A DNA stretch of 64,000 bases from Lepidodermella squamata (taxonomy: Eukaryota > Animalia > Gastrotricha). Positions 1-12,000 of the stretch are shown one piece after another. Position numbers and translations under genes: made by a program. The DNA is taken from contig JBLDXI010000024.1 in NCBI GenBank assembly GCA_047495785.1, forward strand, positions 3,596,001 through 3,660,000. Direction: 5' to 3'. Position 1 is the stretch's first letter; each line of letters starts with the position of its first letter. The notes under the pieces were generated by a model. The model saw only the letters and a list, made by a program, of their open reading frames with translations, did no database searches and was not told the origin of the DNA.

Positions 1-3000
1 CAGAGCTGCTTTCACCGGAATCGACTGTGCCTACCCCGTGAGCCTGAACTCAATTCTAACCACCGCAACCGCTTTCTGGCCTCTAACCCTCGATACGACA
101 GCTTTCATCTCCGGCCAATCAACAGCGATGGCACTGGACGTTTCCGGCAAAAACAACCATTTAGCCGTTGGAACCGGGGTAGCCCGCGATGTGGGCCCTT
201 GGAGCACCCAGGACAGCGCCGTGCGGCTCCGAAACACAATTCTAACCGGCAGCTCTAACTACCTGGTCTCGAACCTAACAACCACCCTAATGACAGCTGG
301 AACTAACGCCGCAATCCTATTCTACGTTAAATGGAACGCAAATACTTACAACCAGCCAATTTTCGCGTTTCAAACCCCGGCAGCTTCAACTCAGATGTCG
401 ATATTAGCCATCGAAGAGTCGAGTGGCCAGTTGCTCCACTCATCCTCCGCAACAGCTAGTTTAATGCCGAATAACGGCGCGGTTTTCACCTCTGGATCTT
501 GGGTATCAGGCCGGATAAGCTACAGCCCGTCCGGATCTTCGAATAAGTTCGGCTCAGCGACTGGTAGCAACGACCCGTCCAGCTTTTCCACCACTGTAAC
601 CCTTGCGACTTCGACCAGTTTCGCCCTAGGGTTCGATTCTTGGGCGAAAAGGGGTGCCGATGTTTCGCTGGCTTGTGTAGCAGTTTACGGCGCCTCGGCT
701 TACGCTACCCCGACTATGGCCCAAAATCACGAACAGGCGTGTCAGATTTTTGCGAAGAAGCGATGTTCGACTGCGCCGTCGCCCGGGACCTTTCAGGTGG
801 GTCCGGCCACTCTGGCGCCGCTGGCGAACAGCCGCGCTTATTACTGGTGTTATTCGAGTTACCACGTGTCGAATGCGAGGGGTACGACGCTGACTTGCCA
901 GCATGGCGCAATGTCGTATACGCCGACTAATCCGAGCTGGAGTTCAGCATCGCCTACAAATTGCGTTGCAGGTGGGGATTTTCTAAATTACCGTAATTTT
1001 CAGTATAAAGGCCGCGGCGAGTAATTTTCCTGTTTTCCGAGAAATGGGTCAAAATTGCGGCGATTAATCGGGTGCGGTCTTTATTCGAGTGCGGCCCTTA
1101 TTTTTCCCAAGTTTCGATTTTGATAGGCAGCATTGTATTTCCCCTGGAAGTCTATAAAGGGTGTCAGCGTGCGGCTTAAGGTCGCTGAGACCTAATCGCT
1201 TGAACAGTGCGGTGATTAAACGAGTGCGGCCTTTATTAACATCCAAAGTTGGTTTTAAGGGTGATTTTTCAGCGATTATTCACGTGCGGCCTTTATTCGG
1301 GTAGCGGCCTTTATACTGAAAATTACGGTATTCTCCAACAAACATCAAGTCTGAATTTGCTTATATTAATCCTTGAAATCGAAAATATTTTCCAAAATTT
1401 AATGTTCAGGAATTTTTTTATTTCGGCTTCTAGTAAATTTTTTAAAGCTTGAATTTGCAATTATTTTTTACTACATAATTATTAAGACGAAGGTGCGGTC
1501 AAAGTATTTTTTGTATTTTTCAAGGGGAATTTACGGCAAAAAACTTGAAACTATTGTTGAGTTGTCATTTCAAATTTGCTTTTCAACTTCAAAAAGCAAG
1601 GCGGGCTGATGTAGTCGATTTTCTCAAAGAAGCACGTTTAAGATCAAAAATTCAGTTGTACTAAAACACCCTGAAAATACGAATATCAGGGTTAATAGCT
1701 TTTATCAAAACATATGATTTTTTATCACTCAAATTCCCTATTGTACCAACAAAATTTAACTTCGAATGCTGTTGTTTCTTTAGAAGGCTATGGGCAAAAA
1801 TTGTTGGGGTAATGTTAGCAAATACAAGAAAGTGTATGTCCTATGGTTGGGAAGTTTGATTGGTACATTTTCAAACTTTAATTGAGACAGTATTATAATA
1901 CTTTTCCTTGTAAACACGAAGCGCCGCTAGTGTAACGGTATCATACAAGATTCCCATTCTTGTGAACCGGGTTCGACTCCCGGGCGGCGCATCATCTTTT
2001 GAATTTTTAAAGATTAGATTCAGTCACGATCGGTTGAAGATTGAATTGAGACCAGGGTTTCTCAACAGCCCTCGTGGCCTAATGGCAAGGCGTTGGACTT
2101 CTAATTCAAAGATTGTGGGTTCGAGTCCCACCGGGGGCGAAATACTTTTTGCGCACCCTCGCGTAAAATTATTGATATTACCAAGGAACCAAGTCCTCAA
2201 AAATATTGCACCCCCGGCGGGACTCGAACCCGCAATCTTCGGCTTAGGAGGCCGACGCCTTGCCATTAGGCCACAAGGGCTGCTTGTAACACCCTGATTC
2301 GATTCTATTTTTTCCATTGGTTCTAAACTCGAAGTCGAAATCTCCAAAAAGCGTGTTGCGCCGCCCGGGAGTCGAACCCGGGTCACAAGAATGGGAATCT
2401 TGTATGATACCGTTACACTAGCAGCGCTGTACCTCCCAGATTTTGCAATCGTAACGAAGTAATTGAAACATCGATTTTTATTCATAGCTTCTGCCGGAGC
2501 TTGCCAGCCGAGCTGCGCAGCTGGTTCCTGCATCAATTCCGCTGGCAAGTGGGTTTGCAGCTGCCCCGGAAACCGCGGCGGTCCTGATTGTGCTGTCGGT
2601 AAGTTATCTCATACTTTCACCCCGCCACCAAATTAATAATTGAACTTCACACACCGTTCAGATCTCAACATTTTTCCGGATCGCTGCTATAGCGTGGGAG
2701 TTTTTCCACTGACTTCTTACTACTTATCTGCTAATGGTGATGCAATGGACGTTACTTCAACCACCCGAGTTGCTACATTTGCATCCACGTCAATTTTCGA
2801 TTGGCAAACTTACTCGCCATTTTCTCATTCGGCTGCTAGCCCGACCTTTGCAATTCCGAACCTGGCGCAATCGGACCCGGGTTCGCTATCAGTCGACTAC
2901 TCACCCAGCTTCGCATTTCGATCCGCAACTTCATTCACAATATCCGGCTACATCCGGTTCGACCTGAACGCAGTATACACCGACCTCTACCCATTCGTCA

Positions 3001-6000
3001 CATTCGGCTACACGTTTAACCGCGAATCGCCCGCCCTCTTCATCGCACCCAACGGAGCCGCCACGGTTCAGTGGAAGTACGCGTCAACGTCGTATCAAAG
3101 CACACTTCAGGCGAATAATCTCATCGGAATAGGCCCTTGGGCCTTCATTTCATTCAACTACAACTCAGCGGCTAACACTGTTGAGCTATCAGTCGACGCT
3201 ACGTCATTCGCCCCGGTTGCTACTGTCACCACGAAACCGCATTTCGAGACATACACCATGTACATCGGGTCATCGAACGATATCGGGAACGTTTTCCCCG
3301 GTCAAATCGCCTGTGTTTCAGTCTATAAAAAATCGTTGAGTCGCGCAGAGTTGACCCAGCTGAAATCAGCCTGTGATTCCTTACTCGGCGGACCGGCCTA
3401 TACCGCCCCGAATTCCGTTTCATGCTCCGCCTGTGTTTCATCCCCGGTTTCTAGCATGGTCCTAATGAGGGGGGTCGATGATTTCTACTCGTTCGGAACA
3501 GCCCTTAGCTACCGAACAGCTCCGTATTGGCGTTTCACGGGTACCAATCTGTATCGAGATATGACAACCACCTGCCAGAATGCGGGTACTAACGGGGCGT
3601 GGAGTAGCCCGGCAGTTACCGCTCTACCCCAGGCTAACACCGTGATGTGCGACCCGGTTTGCGTTAACGGATGGTGCCAATGTACGACGTCGTGTGCCTG
3701 TATATGTTACACCGGCTACGGCGGGCCGGATTGCTTGATTTTGACCTCGTTACTCAACCCGACCGCCTTATCATTCTGGCCGTTGACTTTAGACTCGGGT
3801 TTTTACAACAGCGGAACTGGCGGCATGTCGTACACGGATTACGGTAGTAGGGTGAATCATCTGTCACTTCAACTTAGCGGCGGTCTTGAAGCTGGGCCGT
3901 TCGGTACGCTGGATACAGCTGTTCGAATTTCGTCGGTTCGAACAATCACTAGGCCGTTTGGTGGTACTGGTATTACGTTTGGCACGTCTTTTGTGATTTG
4001 TATGTACGTCAAGTACAACCGGCAGTCGCATGACCACCAGCCGATATTGACGTGGGGCAGTGATTCGACGACTTATGCGGAATTTTGGCTGGCGGCGGAT
4101 AGTGGTCGGATTTTGTATAAAACTGACGATTTGCTGCTGCCGTTGAATGGTGCCACGAATCCTATCAACTCACCTGCAACTTGGATACCAATTGTAAGCT
4201 CATTATTAGAGTTCTGATTTTGGGGGGAAATATAATTGAATACTCAAAAATGTGCTTGAAACTCTAAAATTGTTATCAAAAATGTATTTTTGAGTGGTGT
4301 TATTGAATTATTTAACGAATTTTGCCCGGAATACTCGCACAGTTATTTTTCAGATTTTCTGCGACATTGACCCTTTTCTTTATTGTTTATTTTCAAAATG
4401 CCGATATTGAAAAATCACTGATTTCGAAAATCGATACTGGAAATCGATATCGGTTCTGCTTACCGGCGTATAACACGTGAACGGGCCGCCGATGTCGTAA
4501 AATTTGTGTGAAAATGAGATCTATCGGCTAAGCTTGATATAAATATTGAAATTCTACGGAAAACGTGAAGCTCAAAAAACACTCATTTTTGGAACTCTAT
4601 TAACCTCGAATTTAGTGCTGGAATCATAAATTGAGACAGTCCCCAAAGAATTTTCTATTGTTCGAATTCAACGACATTCAAAACTGCTTCTTATAAATTC
4701 GAATTTCTATTAAAACTGATATAATTTTGGCAAAAAATGGAAAACTCTATTTTTTAATGAATTTGTAATTTTTCAATAGGATGAAAATTTATATTTTTGT
4801 TGTTTCAGTAACATTTTAAAAGACGTTTTATTGGAAGGATACTTAATTTTCACTATACATTGCTTCATGATTATTGAGTATAATGCCGCGATTTATTTCA
4901 ATATTTCCTTTCTTCAATGCTTATTTTTCCAGGTAATCGTATATTCGGGTGGGAAAATGAGTTCAGCCACTTTCGACAATGCGCCAAACGTAGCAGGTGG
5001 GGCTGCTGTGACCACGCCGCCGAATGGCATGGTTTCTAATCAAATCGGATGGCGGCGAGTTGTCGCAACGCCATACTACTCCGATCTTTCCATCTCCTGC
5101 GTCGGAATTTACCCAGGCGCCTACTCGGCTGCCTTAACAGCGCGACACGGCCGAATGTGCCAACAATTCGCGAAACAGACGTGTCCCACTGTGCCTAAAC
5201 CAAATGGGTCGAATTTCTTGACTTCGGCCTCAACCACGACTGGTTCATCTACCGTAACATTTTCTTGCTATGGAGGCTATAAATGGAATACTACGAATAC
5301 GCAGGTATCTATCTTGCTTATAAATATAATTTTTGCCGTGAAATTGAAGTAAAAATTGAAAAATTGAATTTGCTAATTTTTTTAATTTAAAAATATTTTT
5401 TTTTCAGATCTTTTCGATTTTGATTTTTTTAAATTCGTCTATTTTATTTTATTTTACAGGCGCAATCTATTACGTGTTCACAATCGGCCTCGTTGACGCC
5501 AACCCTAACTTGGTCGCCCGCCTCGCCGGACGGTAACTGCATCCCGGCCCCAAACGATTGCTGGCCAGCTTGCCTCAACTCAGCAGCTTGCGTTCCCCAG
5601 GTCTACGCCGGGGAGTGTAAATGCCTACAGACGTACCAGGTTGGCCTCGATTGCTCGATCGACATGCGCTGGATGCCGGCTCAGTGCAACCTGGTCGGCT
5701 TATGGCCGCTAACTTCGAACACGATCAACCGATTCGGCGAATTGATGGACATTGTCAAAGGCCAAAACGCGGCAATTTCATTCGCCGCTGGCCTGACCTG
5801 GCCTTTACCCAATCTTTTCGGTAATTTTCTCGGAAAAAAAATGCAAAGTAGTAAAATAAAGATGTTTCAATTAAAATTTTAAAATCGACAAAAATTCAAA
5901 TATTATTCTAAAATTGATTTTTTTGTATTTTATATTATATTAATGTTATATTATATTATAGAAATAAAATTATAAAATCCTCAAATATTCGATGCAAAAA

Positions 6001-9000
6001 AATTCAAAATTCAAAATTATATAAATTTATAAGGTATTTAAAAAGTTGTAAAAATGTGAATTAATCTAAAATTTGAAAAATTCAGAAAACATTAAAACTC
6101 CTCCTTAATGCATAATTTAATTTTTATTTTTAGGATCCACAACATATACCGTCCCGAATTTTGCTGGGTCTCTGCCCGGTGGTATCACGGTGACTACAAC
6201 GCAGCCACTACTTCAACTTTCATCATTCACAATCTCAGCCTATATTCAATTCGACCTTCAAGCGACGACTAGTTACACTACGCTGTACCCAGTCGTTGCT
6301 TTCGCGAACAATTCCGGCCTAGTTTCATCACCCGGCTTGTTCATATCTCCATCCGGAGCGGCTAGAATGTACTACGTAGCCGATTCGGGGCCGCAATTCG
6401 TCGATTTTACCCTGACGTCAGATTTCGTCGGAATCGGCTCGTGGCAGTATGTCACCTTCGTATTCACCGGTGTACCAGTCAACAACCCGGTCAGCCCTAA
6501 TATCTACGTAACAGTTCGCAATCAAAACGGCGGCGCCATGTACCTAAAAACAGGCAATACAGTAAATATCAACCCGCCGCCAGTATTTTCGGCCGTGAAC
6601 ACGAAATTGTATATTGGGTCGACTGATATGGGCCCATCATCCGCCTACGCTACCGTTTTCCCCGGCCGAATCGCCTGTGTGTCAATATTCAAGGGCGTCT
6701 TATCAACGACGGATCAAACCGTTCAATATGGGGTAATTAATTTATTAGGAATTGATCAAAAACTTAATTTATTGATAAAATCATTTATCAACGCCAAGCT
6801 TTTTGATTTCTCGATCGTGAAGTTTAGTTTTGATTGTGTGAAACGCGCCGAGTAGCAGTAGTTCCATGTGATACGCATGACCTGCCTCGCTGCGTTCGAT
6901 AACTTTCGCCAAAGCTTCGGCGAACTTGAGTGATGAACTAGGCAAAGATTGTCCCAAATTTGCTCGGTTCGGACATGGCTTCATTGGCTGCTTTTTGGCC
7001 GCGAAATTGAGCTCGCTCTTCTGCGGCTGACGGCGTCGCTTCGCTGCTGGCATTGAATCCTTGGTATCTTTTGAAAGCGATACGGAGGTAGATGAATCTT
7101 TGGCAGTGATCATCTGGATTATTTAGGGGGGTATTACGGCGTTTCAAAAATGAGCAGAGTGAAGCAATGGCTTGCGCGATGTTTTTTTGCACTTTGAGTG
7201 CGTCATTCCCGGCGCCTTTGCGTGGGTTCTGTTTTTGTATAATCAGTTGTGTTGATCGCACCCTGGCGGCACCAACTAAAATGTACTGAAGCTGGCAAAT
7301 TCTTTGCGCATAAAAACTGAACTGATGACGTCAGGAAGCGGCAGGTTTGTGACGCCTCGACCCTGGAAGATCGCTGCTGTAAAAATTGAGTGGAAAATAA
7401 AATATGACCTTTATCAAGTGAAGAGAGAAGTAAAGGGGATAGGGAAACCTGCCATTGGGCATCATTTGATGCTGCTTTCTATATTAATTCACGAGGAGTC
7501 AATCCATCGATATATCAAAACGCGGTTCATAGCCATCGGGTTTGCTGAGAAACTGGATTACAAAATTTTCCACCAATCAATTTTATTTCATGTATGCTTG
7601 AATGTTTGTATATGTCATGCATCAGTGAATAACCTGCCGCACTGTAGATTTTGATGTTATTCTCACGCGCTCGGCAGCTTCTTAGTTGAAACATTCCGGG
7701 GTGGAGAAGTTCGCCAAAGAATTTCTTCATATCAGCCCGAAGTGTTAAGACTTTGCAGCAGCACAATGGCCTCTTCCTAATTTGAAGGTGTATGTTGGAT
7801 GTCCAAATTTAAGGCTAAAAAATGTTCCTTGGCCTAGTTGCGAGCTGAACCGTTCTTGTGCCGAGTTACCGCAAATCGCTGAAAATTCGCATAATTCCCA
7901 ACCCCCGCCCAACCCCCTTAGAAAAAAATCAGTGTGATTGTATGCATTGTAGATGGTTTTCTCTCGTTTCCACGGGAAGCTAGCTTGCTAAAACTGAGCT
8001 TTAAAATTGACGAGCCGATTTCAGTTAGATTCTCGAGATGAAGAACTGTACTTATACTTCAATAGGCTTGCAATGCAATGCTCGGCGGGACAGCTCCTGG
8101 AATCGCTGCCCAGGGTGTCTGCAACGTTTGCCAGTTGCCGCCCACTTCTGCACTGGGCATCGTTCAAAACAACGATGTAGACTACGCGGTGGGCGCAACT
8201 GTTGCTCTTCAATGCCCAGCAATGACTCGCATTACCAACGACCTGTTCACGCGGTATCAAACAAGTGTCTGCGTCGGGACAAACACGTGGACGGCCAATT
8301 TGGTCTATAGCTGTTCAACTACCCAATCGCCGGTTCAGTGCGACCCAGAATGCTTGAACGGCGGCATTTGTAAATGTGACCGCGCAACGCTACAGTGCTC
8401 TTGCCAGTGCCAGCCTGGTTTTACCGGGCCGGACTGCTTAATTGCGACAAGCAGTTCCATGGGTCTAGGCTACCCTGTACCACCTAATGCGGTCGCGTTT
8501 TGGCCTCTGACTACTGATACGATTGTAAGAGATCCCAGCTCGAAATGGACCACATCCCTTGCATTGGATTACTCAAATACTGGAGCTCATCTGAAGGTAG
8601 GGGCTGGAACTGGCATGTTGCCAGGTAAGTATCAAGTACTTGGTATCCGCAAAATCTACCTTAAAATTGTTCTTAGGACCTCTTGGTGCTGCGATTCCTC
8701 TTTTCGGAGCCGTTCATTTAAGATCGCGCAGGAACGAGTCCTACTTGTGGCGAAATGTTGGCCCTATCCCTAATCTAGGCGGTCCTTCCGCTTACATTGG
8801 CAACAGTTGGTTCAACACGACCTGGAACGACCCGAACGCAACGGTGTTCCAGACCCCGCCGTTTTTCATCCTACTCTACGTCAACTACATTCCGCAGGCT
8901 TTTAATAACCAGCCGTTAATTGCGTTTGGAAACGGCGGTGCTTCGTTTTGGATTGACCAAGTTTCCGGCCAGATTCGCTACCTACCCGATGATATTTTGC

Positions 9001-12000
9001 TGCCCCTTACTGGCACGAAATTCGGATATAGCCAGTCACAGTGGCAACCAGTCAGTATAGTCTACAAACACGACGGTACCATGGGAGCCGCTACAGGGCC
9101 GACGACCTTCCCAACCTCATTTGTGAAGGTCTCGGATGTTCCTACGTTCAATGCGACTTCGGTGTATCTCGGCTATTCTGACTACCCGAAACCTAGCACT
9201 TCAGACCTGGGTATTGCATGTGTCGGCATTTACGCGAATACAAATTTCACCGCGGCGATGGCCTATCAGCATGGCCAAACATGTAAACAGTTTGCTAAGG
9301 TTAACATTGGTGGTTATGGAGTTGCAAATGCCTACGCGATGACACCGTGGAACATTGTTGGCGTGCGTATGTATCAAACATGCGCGTCTTCTGGGTTCAT
9401 GTTTCAGAATACGAAGCGCAAATTCGATTCATCGTTGCAGTGGCAATTACAGTCAAATAGCATGCTTCCTTCCAACGTAGGGTGGACTGCATTGACTAGT
9501 GGCTCATGCATACGTAAGTTCGATTTGAAAACCAGATCTTTGCTTGAATACTTTCGTTACAGTTAACACAACAGTCTGCACACCGTCATGCAAAAATGGA
9601 GGGACTTGCGACACCGCCGGCGCGTATCCAGAATGCGACTGTACCTCAGACTTCACCGGAGTTGATTGCTCTGTGCCCCTGGAGATCCTTCCATGCCAAA
9701 CTCATCTGCAAGGCTACTGGCCATTGGTCACCGACCAAATTAACTACAACAGACAGGCCGTCGATATTTGGGCTGGTGTCAGCACCGCTGCGCTGAATAG
9801 TCTTTACACGACCTATGACTCACCTTTTTTCCCGAATGGATCTGCTTTGTTGCGCTTCACCTGGTCGCCCTTCAGTGTGGCCTATGTTCCAGGTGCTATA
9901 TGGCCTTTAGTCGGGAATGTGTCGTCGAACCACTTCCTGATCGGCGCTTTCGTTAAATTCGATTTATCAGCTTGGTCGAACTATTTATACCCGCTGGTTT
10001 CATTCTCAAACGGAACTGGTCAGCAGCACTGGATGACATTTTACGTCTCGAAAAATGGCAGAGTTGTCATGAATTACTTGAATTATGCTGGTAGTCACTC
10101 GAGTGTGACATGTGACATGGCACCTAATGTTATTGGAACAGCTACCCCGTTGTCCTATGTCGTGATTCAGTTCAACGCAACAACTGGCTATTTGAAGTGT
10201 GGAACCTTGGAATTCGACACGAATCTACTGGTATATGGTACTCCGGTCAAAGTCACACCGGACCCATTTGTAGGCACTTCTCCGGTTAATATGTACATCG
10301 CTACGACTAACACGCCGGCCCCACCGGCTCTTTCAACTTGGAACATGAATGGCCGAATTGCGTGTCTTTCGATTCATGACTACACTTTACCACCATATCA
10401 AACTACCCTGTTAATGGCGGCGTGTTGGCACACCCTGGGCGGTCCGAGGCCGCAAAAGGTAGCAGCGCATCAGTTGTGTACTGAAATTCCGCAGTGCTAT
10501 GGGAACCCGGTGATACCTTATGCAACCGTGGTACATAAGTTAAGGAAGCCTCCGGTGTACATGGAAGTTGTCGACCCTGATTACTACACAAATGAAACGA
10601 TTCTGGTTTATGTCTGCGATTACGCTTACTCGTACAGCGGCAAGATTGTTGAGCAGAATGTCACGTGTAACATGGGCAAATGGGACTTACCTTTCAACGC
10701 TTGCATTCGTAATTTGATCACTTACAGCTTTTAGCCTTTTCACTTTATTGCTCTTTTACAGCCTATGTCATTCAACCGAGCATATATTCGGTTGATTTTA
10801 TGTACGATTTACGGGACCTCTCATTGCTCAAGTACCAGGACAACCTAACAGCGGCCGTTATTGCCACCAGCAACGAGATCATCAAGCTGGATGATGGAGT
10901 TAGAATCAAAGGGCTAGCGGTAAGACGCAGGTTTCAAACCCCTCGAATTGACTACTAAGCTCCGTTTTTTATTTTTCAGCTGAGTGCAGTTACGGCCATG
11001 CAATATACGTACACCCGGTACTCAAAAATGACCGTCAACATGACAATTGAAGGCATTTTGGACCTCACGCGTGGCTTCTCAGCATCTATCGGACGTCTGA
11101 TATACGCAACTAGTAATTACTCAAGCCTCGACCCGGCCTTAGTGGCCTTGCAGCCCTACGACGTGATGTGGGCGTGTTATGATGGCATCACTATTCCACC
11201 CGCTCCAAAACCGGCCGCTAACTTGGATGAAATTTACTACTTGTTCGACACATTTGCTGCAATGACCAAAACAATGACTAGTGTTGTGCGAGAGACACTG
11301 CGCTTAGGATCCAGATTCATCATGAACGAAGAATTCTTTGCTGTTAGTATGGCCAAGGTAAGTAAAATAAGGCCTAGGTAGTGATTCGTAATTGAGCTTC
11401 AAAATAATTCCTAAGGTTGAACTGAGGCAATTCGGCGGTTTGAAGCTCCAAACTGTCTACCACAAAGTGACATTTCCTCATCAAACCGAGTACGGTCTAC
11501 AGCCAATAGTAGCAGATGAGCTGGATCCTAACGTAACTGCAGCGATAAATGGTCGCGATCAAATAACTGCGGTGGTTTTCTCATTCTTAAGCAACGTCTT
11601 ACTACCAGAGCAGCCTTTTAACATGATGACGCATAGCATCAATTTGTACCTGGGCCCAAGGCGTCTTTCCATCGCAACAGGAGCTCCAACCATCGAAATA
11701 ATCACATGGCCTCTGAGGCAGAAGTCGAGCCTCGTTGCTCAGCAAAAATTACTAGCCCAATGCAATGTGAACAAGATTCGTTGCAGTCGCTACGAAAATG
11801 CCGATCATCTAGCCACCTTAGTCGTTTTCCCGATCGTTTACGATGCTGGCCATTTCTTGCTCAAGCTACCACAAACTCGTGAGGATTTCGCGTTTTCAGC
11901 ATACATCCACTTCAACACAAAACCGTCGTTGAACAACTACATTTGGGTGTTCTCAGTTGGACTAAAGGATGATGGCACTAAGTATACGTCACTGATTGGC

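Noticed and set aside
1962-2548. ORFs 1962-2297 (+) and 2024-2548 (-)
   Set aside because: They are translations of the tRNA cassette and of the antisense strand of a PKD1L exon.
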